64,000 bases of DNA from NCBI GenBank assembly GCA_965208675.1, contig OZ242351.1, positions 3,232,001 through 3,296,000 of the forward strand, read 5' to 3'. The position numbers were made by a program, and so were the translations under genes. Positions 61,464-64,000 of the stretch are shown in pieces. The notes below the pieces were generated by a model. It saw only the letters and a program-made list of their open reading frames with translations. It had not been told where the DNA came from and ran no database searches. This DNA is from Candidatus Poribacteria bacterium. Its GTDB lineage: Bacteria > Poribacteria > WGA-4E > PCPOR2b. How positions within the stretch are numbered: position 1 is the stretch's first letter; every line of letters begins with the position of its first letter.

Positions 61464-63902
61464 GTGGGCGGCTTTATGAGTATGACGCGGATAAGGACAA
61501 TTTTACGGAATATACTGAGCATTTTACTACTTGCATTTATCGCCGTTTTGATGATGATTTTCATCGGTATCGGATTCGCAGGCGGGCTGACGCTCGCTTC
61601 ATGGGACGCTATCAAAGGTAAAGATTTAGGAGAGTTGGATTACCGAAAGGCGGATACGTGGAAACAACATCTTAAAATCTACTCTTCCGTGTGTACCGTC
61701 CAACGCGAAAATTCAGTCGAATTTCTTGTGGATAAACTGAAGCGTTTGGATTACGAGGAGACGCCGGCAGAATTAACGAAGCCCATTGCTGTCGGAGAAT
61801 ATTCGATAACCCTTGATAAAACCGGAAAAACGGGGACAATGCGGGTCTATCTTCAGGGCTTTCACCACCCGAGTGCGACTCATACCCCTTATCGGGTGGA
61901 AATTTCGGTGCTCCATGGCAAGATTGCTTCTATTCGAAATGCAGATAACGAAATAATATCTCACTTCAATCTTGAGCCAGAGTTAATTAGCGAGAAATAC
62001 GACGAGGGCGGCGACGCGCGGGAAATTATTCGTATCGGCAAAATGCCCGACAAGTTGCTGACAGCGTTTCTTGCGATTGAGGACAGGCGATTTTATGACC
62101 ATTGGGGTTTGGATGTCAAACGCATTGCCGGCGCATTAGTGCATTATGTCCGTACAGGAAATTTACACGGAGCAAGCACAATCACGCAACAACTCACTCG
62201 AAACATCTATCTGAGTCCACAACGGAGGATTTTGCGGAAAGTTAAAGAAGCCTTGCTAGCGATTCGAGTGGAGAGAAACTTTTCAAAAGACGAAATCCTT
62301 GAACGGTATCTCAATTTCATCAATTTGGGGAGACATGGTTCGCATGAAGTGCTTGGCGTTCAGAACGCGGCGAAGAGCTACTTCCGCAAATCAGTTTGGG
62401 AGTTGGATGTTCATGAATGCGCCACACTTGCAGCTATACCAAAGTCTCCAAGCTATTACTCGCCTGTACGTCATCCGGAGCGTGCAAAAACCCGACGAAA
62501 TCTCGTTCTCAAACAGATGCTGCGAGCCGGTTTCATCACGCAAGAAGTATTTGACGAAGCTGAGAATCAGCCGCTAGGCGTCAAATTACCTGAGACCGTG
62601 CGACTCAAGGAAGCCGCCCATTTTTTGCAGTATGTCCATGAACAACTGACCAAAATTCCTGAGCTTGAAGATTTATTATACAGTCAAGGTTTAAAGGTCT
62701 ACACGACGATAGATATGTCTATGCAGAAGACAGCGGAAAGTGTGGTCGCCGAACAGTTGCGGGTGCTCGACAAAGCGGATTTCAAAAAATTGCCAGACTA
62801 CGATTTCAACAAGAACAGACGCGGCGGAATTGACCCTATCAAAAACTATTTACAAGCGGGGTTAATCGCTATTGAACCCAAGACGGGTCACATCAAAGCC
62901 ATGGTTGGCGGGCGGGATTTCTATATTACCGGGCAGAAATTCAACTATTTTAACCGTGCCGTTCAATCTCAGCGCCAACCTGGTTCAGCATTTAAGCCTA
63001 TCGTTTTTGCAGCAATGCTTAATACGCCGCCGTTAGTTACACCCGCAACGATTGTCCGTGATGAAGCGTGGTCTACTGAGGGGGAAGTGGGGGTAAGATG
63101 GGCACCCAAAAACTACAAAAGAAGGTTCTATGGCGATGTAACCCTGCGTACCATGTTGGAGAAGTCGATTAACATCGCAACAGCCAAAATGATGTGGCAA
63201 ACTCCCAAGGACGAACACGACAAGCCGGAAGGGCTTAAGCGTACACTCGCACTAGCAGATCGATTGGGTATACAAAGCCGCATCCCCCCTTATCCCGCGA
63301 TTGCGTTGGGGTCGGAAGGATTGTCTCTTCTTGAACTCTGTTCTGCCTATGGGGTTTTCGCCAATGGCGGCGAACGTGCGATACCGATAAGTATTCAATA
63401 TGTCGAAGATCAGCACGGAGAGATTCTCATCGAAAACCGAGCTGAGCGCGAGAAGGTACTTGACGAAAGCGTCGCCTATCTTATTACATACCTTATGGAA
63501 GGCGTAATCAAAAATGGTACCGGCAGAACCGCTGTTTCAAAGTGGGGATTAAAGCACCGCGCTGCCGGCAAAACCGGTACAACGAACGACTTCTCAGATG
63601 CGTGGTTCATTGGATATACGCCTAGCCTCGTTGCCGGCGTTTGGGTCGGATTTGATGATTACCGGAAAAGCACAAAGAATTCAGGCGCAATTGGGGCGTT
63701 GCCGATATGGGCGCGATTCATTAATGAGGCATCACGAGGACGTATGGACGAGGAATTTCTCGCCCCTTCAGGTGTCCTCTTCAAACAGATAGATAAAGAG
63801 ACGGGATTACTGAAATCCGAAAAATGTCCGGAAGAAAAAATTATACGTGAAGCATTTCTCGTGGGCTCTGAACCTAGAATTATCTGTAATGTGCATGAGT
63901 AG
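61464..63902 (+). CDS. Class A penicillin-binding protein (transglycosylase/transpeptidase)
   Basis: EDRRF, GASTITQQL, RKVKE, RQPGSAFKP (SxxK), SIN, KTG; N-terminal TM and extra periplasmic domain. Confidence 0.93.
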   Translation: MGGFMSMTRIRTILRNILSILLLAFIAVLMMIFIGIGFAGGLTLASWDAIKGKDLGELDYRKADTWKQHLKIYSSVCTVQRENSVEFLVDKLKRLDYEETPAELTKPIAVGEYSITLDKTGKTGTMRVYLQGFHHPSATHTPYRVEISVLHGKIASIRNADNEIISHFNLEPELISEKYDEGGDAREIIRIGKMPDKLLTAFLAIEDRRFYDHWGLDVKRIAGALVHYVRTGNLHGASTITQQLTRNIYLSPQRRILRKVKEALLAIRVERNFSKDEILERYLNFINLGRHGSHEVLGVQNAAKSYFRKSVWELDVHECATLAAIPKSPSYYSPVRHPERAKTRRNLVLKQMLRAGFITQEVFDEAENQPLGVKLPETVRLKEAAHFLQYVHEQLTKIPELEDLLYSQGLKVYTTIDMSMQKTAESVVAEQLRVLDKADFKKLPDYDFNKNRRGGIDPIKNYLQAGLIAIEPKTGHIKAMVGGRDFYITGQKFNYFNRAVQSQRQPGSAFKPIVFAAMLNTPPLVTPATIVRDEAWSTEGEVGVRWAPKNYKRRFYGDVTLRTMLEKSINIATAKMMWQTPKDEHDKPEGLKRTLALADRLGIQSRIPPYPAIALGSEGLSLLELCSAYGVFANGGERAIPISIQYVEDQHGEILIENRAEREKVLDESVAYLITYLMEGVIKNGTGRTAVSKWGLKHRAAGKTGTTNDFSDAWFIGYTPSLVAGVWVGFDDYRKSTKNSGAIGALPIWARFINEASRGRMDEEFLAPSGVLFKQIDKETGLLKSEKCPEEKIIREAFLVGSEPRIICNVHE

Positions 63903-64000
63903 GTATTTGAGGCTTAGCGGCCAATAGCAGGCACCTAACCTTGTATTTTAGGGGTTTTAACTGATGGATAAGTTCGAGTTAATCTCAGATTACGCGCCGC

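Overview
Bacterial chromosomal window spanning the replication origin. It contains rpmH, dnaA, oriC (DnaA boxes, DnaA-trios, AT-rich DUE), dnaN, recF, DUF721/DciA, gyrB and gyrA. Left of the origin lie a PhyH-dioxygenase paralogue cluster and a beta/gamma-crystallin protein. Right of it lie metabolic genes (ispH, a tandem GH127-like fusion, P450, NHL/PAL-like protein, penicillin acylase). The gene repertoire is suggestive of Ca. Poribacteria, but this is inference only. The most notable part is an accessory, defence-like island at about 33.4-51.0 kb with no recognisable integrase. All of its genes from 34.2 to 48.0 kb are on the minus strand, and it carries many REP-like repeats and gene remnants. 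Its core is an operon of an XRE regulator with a palindromic operator, a Cas4/RecB-like [4Fe-4S] nuclease and a long prokaryotic Argonaute (DEDD tetrad apparently intact, atypical MID pocket). This is followed by a coupled pair of an unknown helical protein and a soluble HExxH metalloprotease. The island also holds an ART-like/DUF6575-like pair, two small membrane proteins (one fused to an HTH), a TPR protein, a type IIG-like RM enzyme and a HicB with a decayed HicA. The right end has fadD, a cold-shock/tandem Hfq-like fusion, duplicated ferredoxins, pepP, a quinone oxidoreductase and a class A PBP. No CRISPR array, rRNA or tRNA was seen. All family calls come from motif reading, not database searches.
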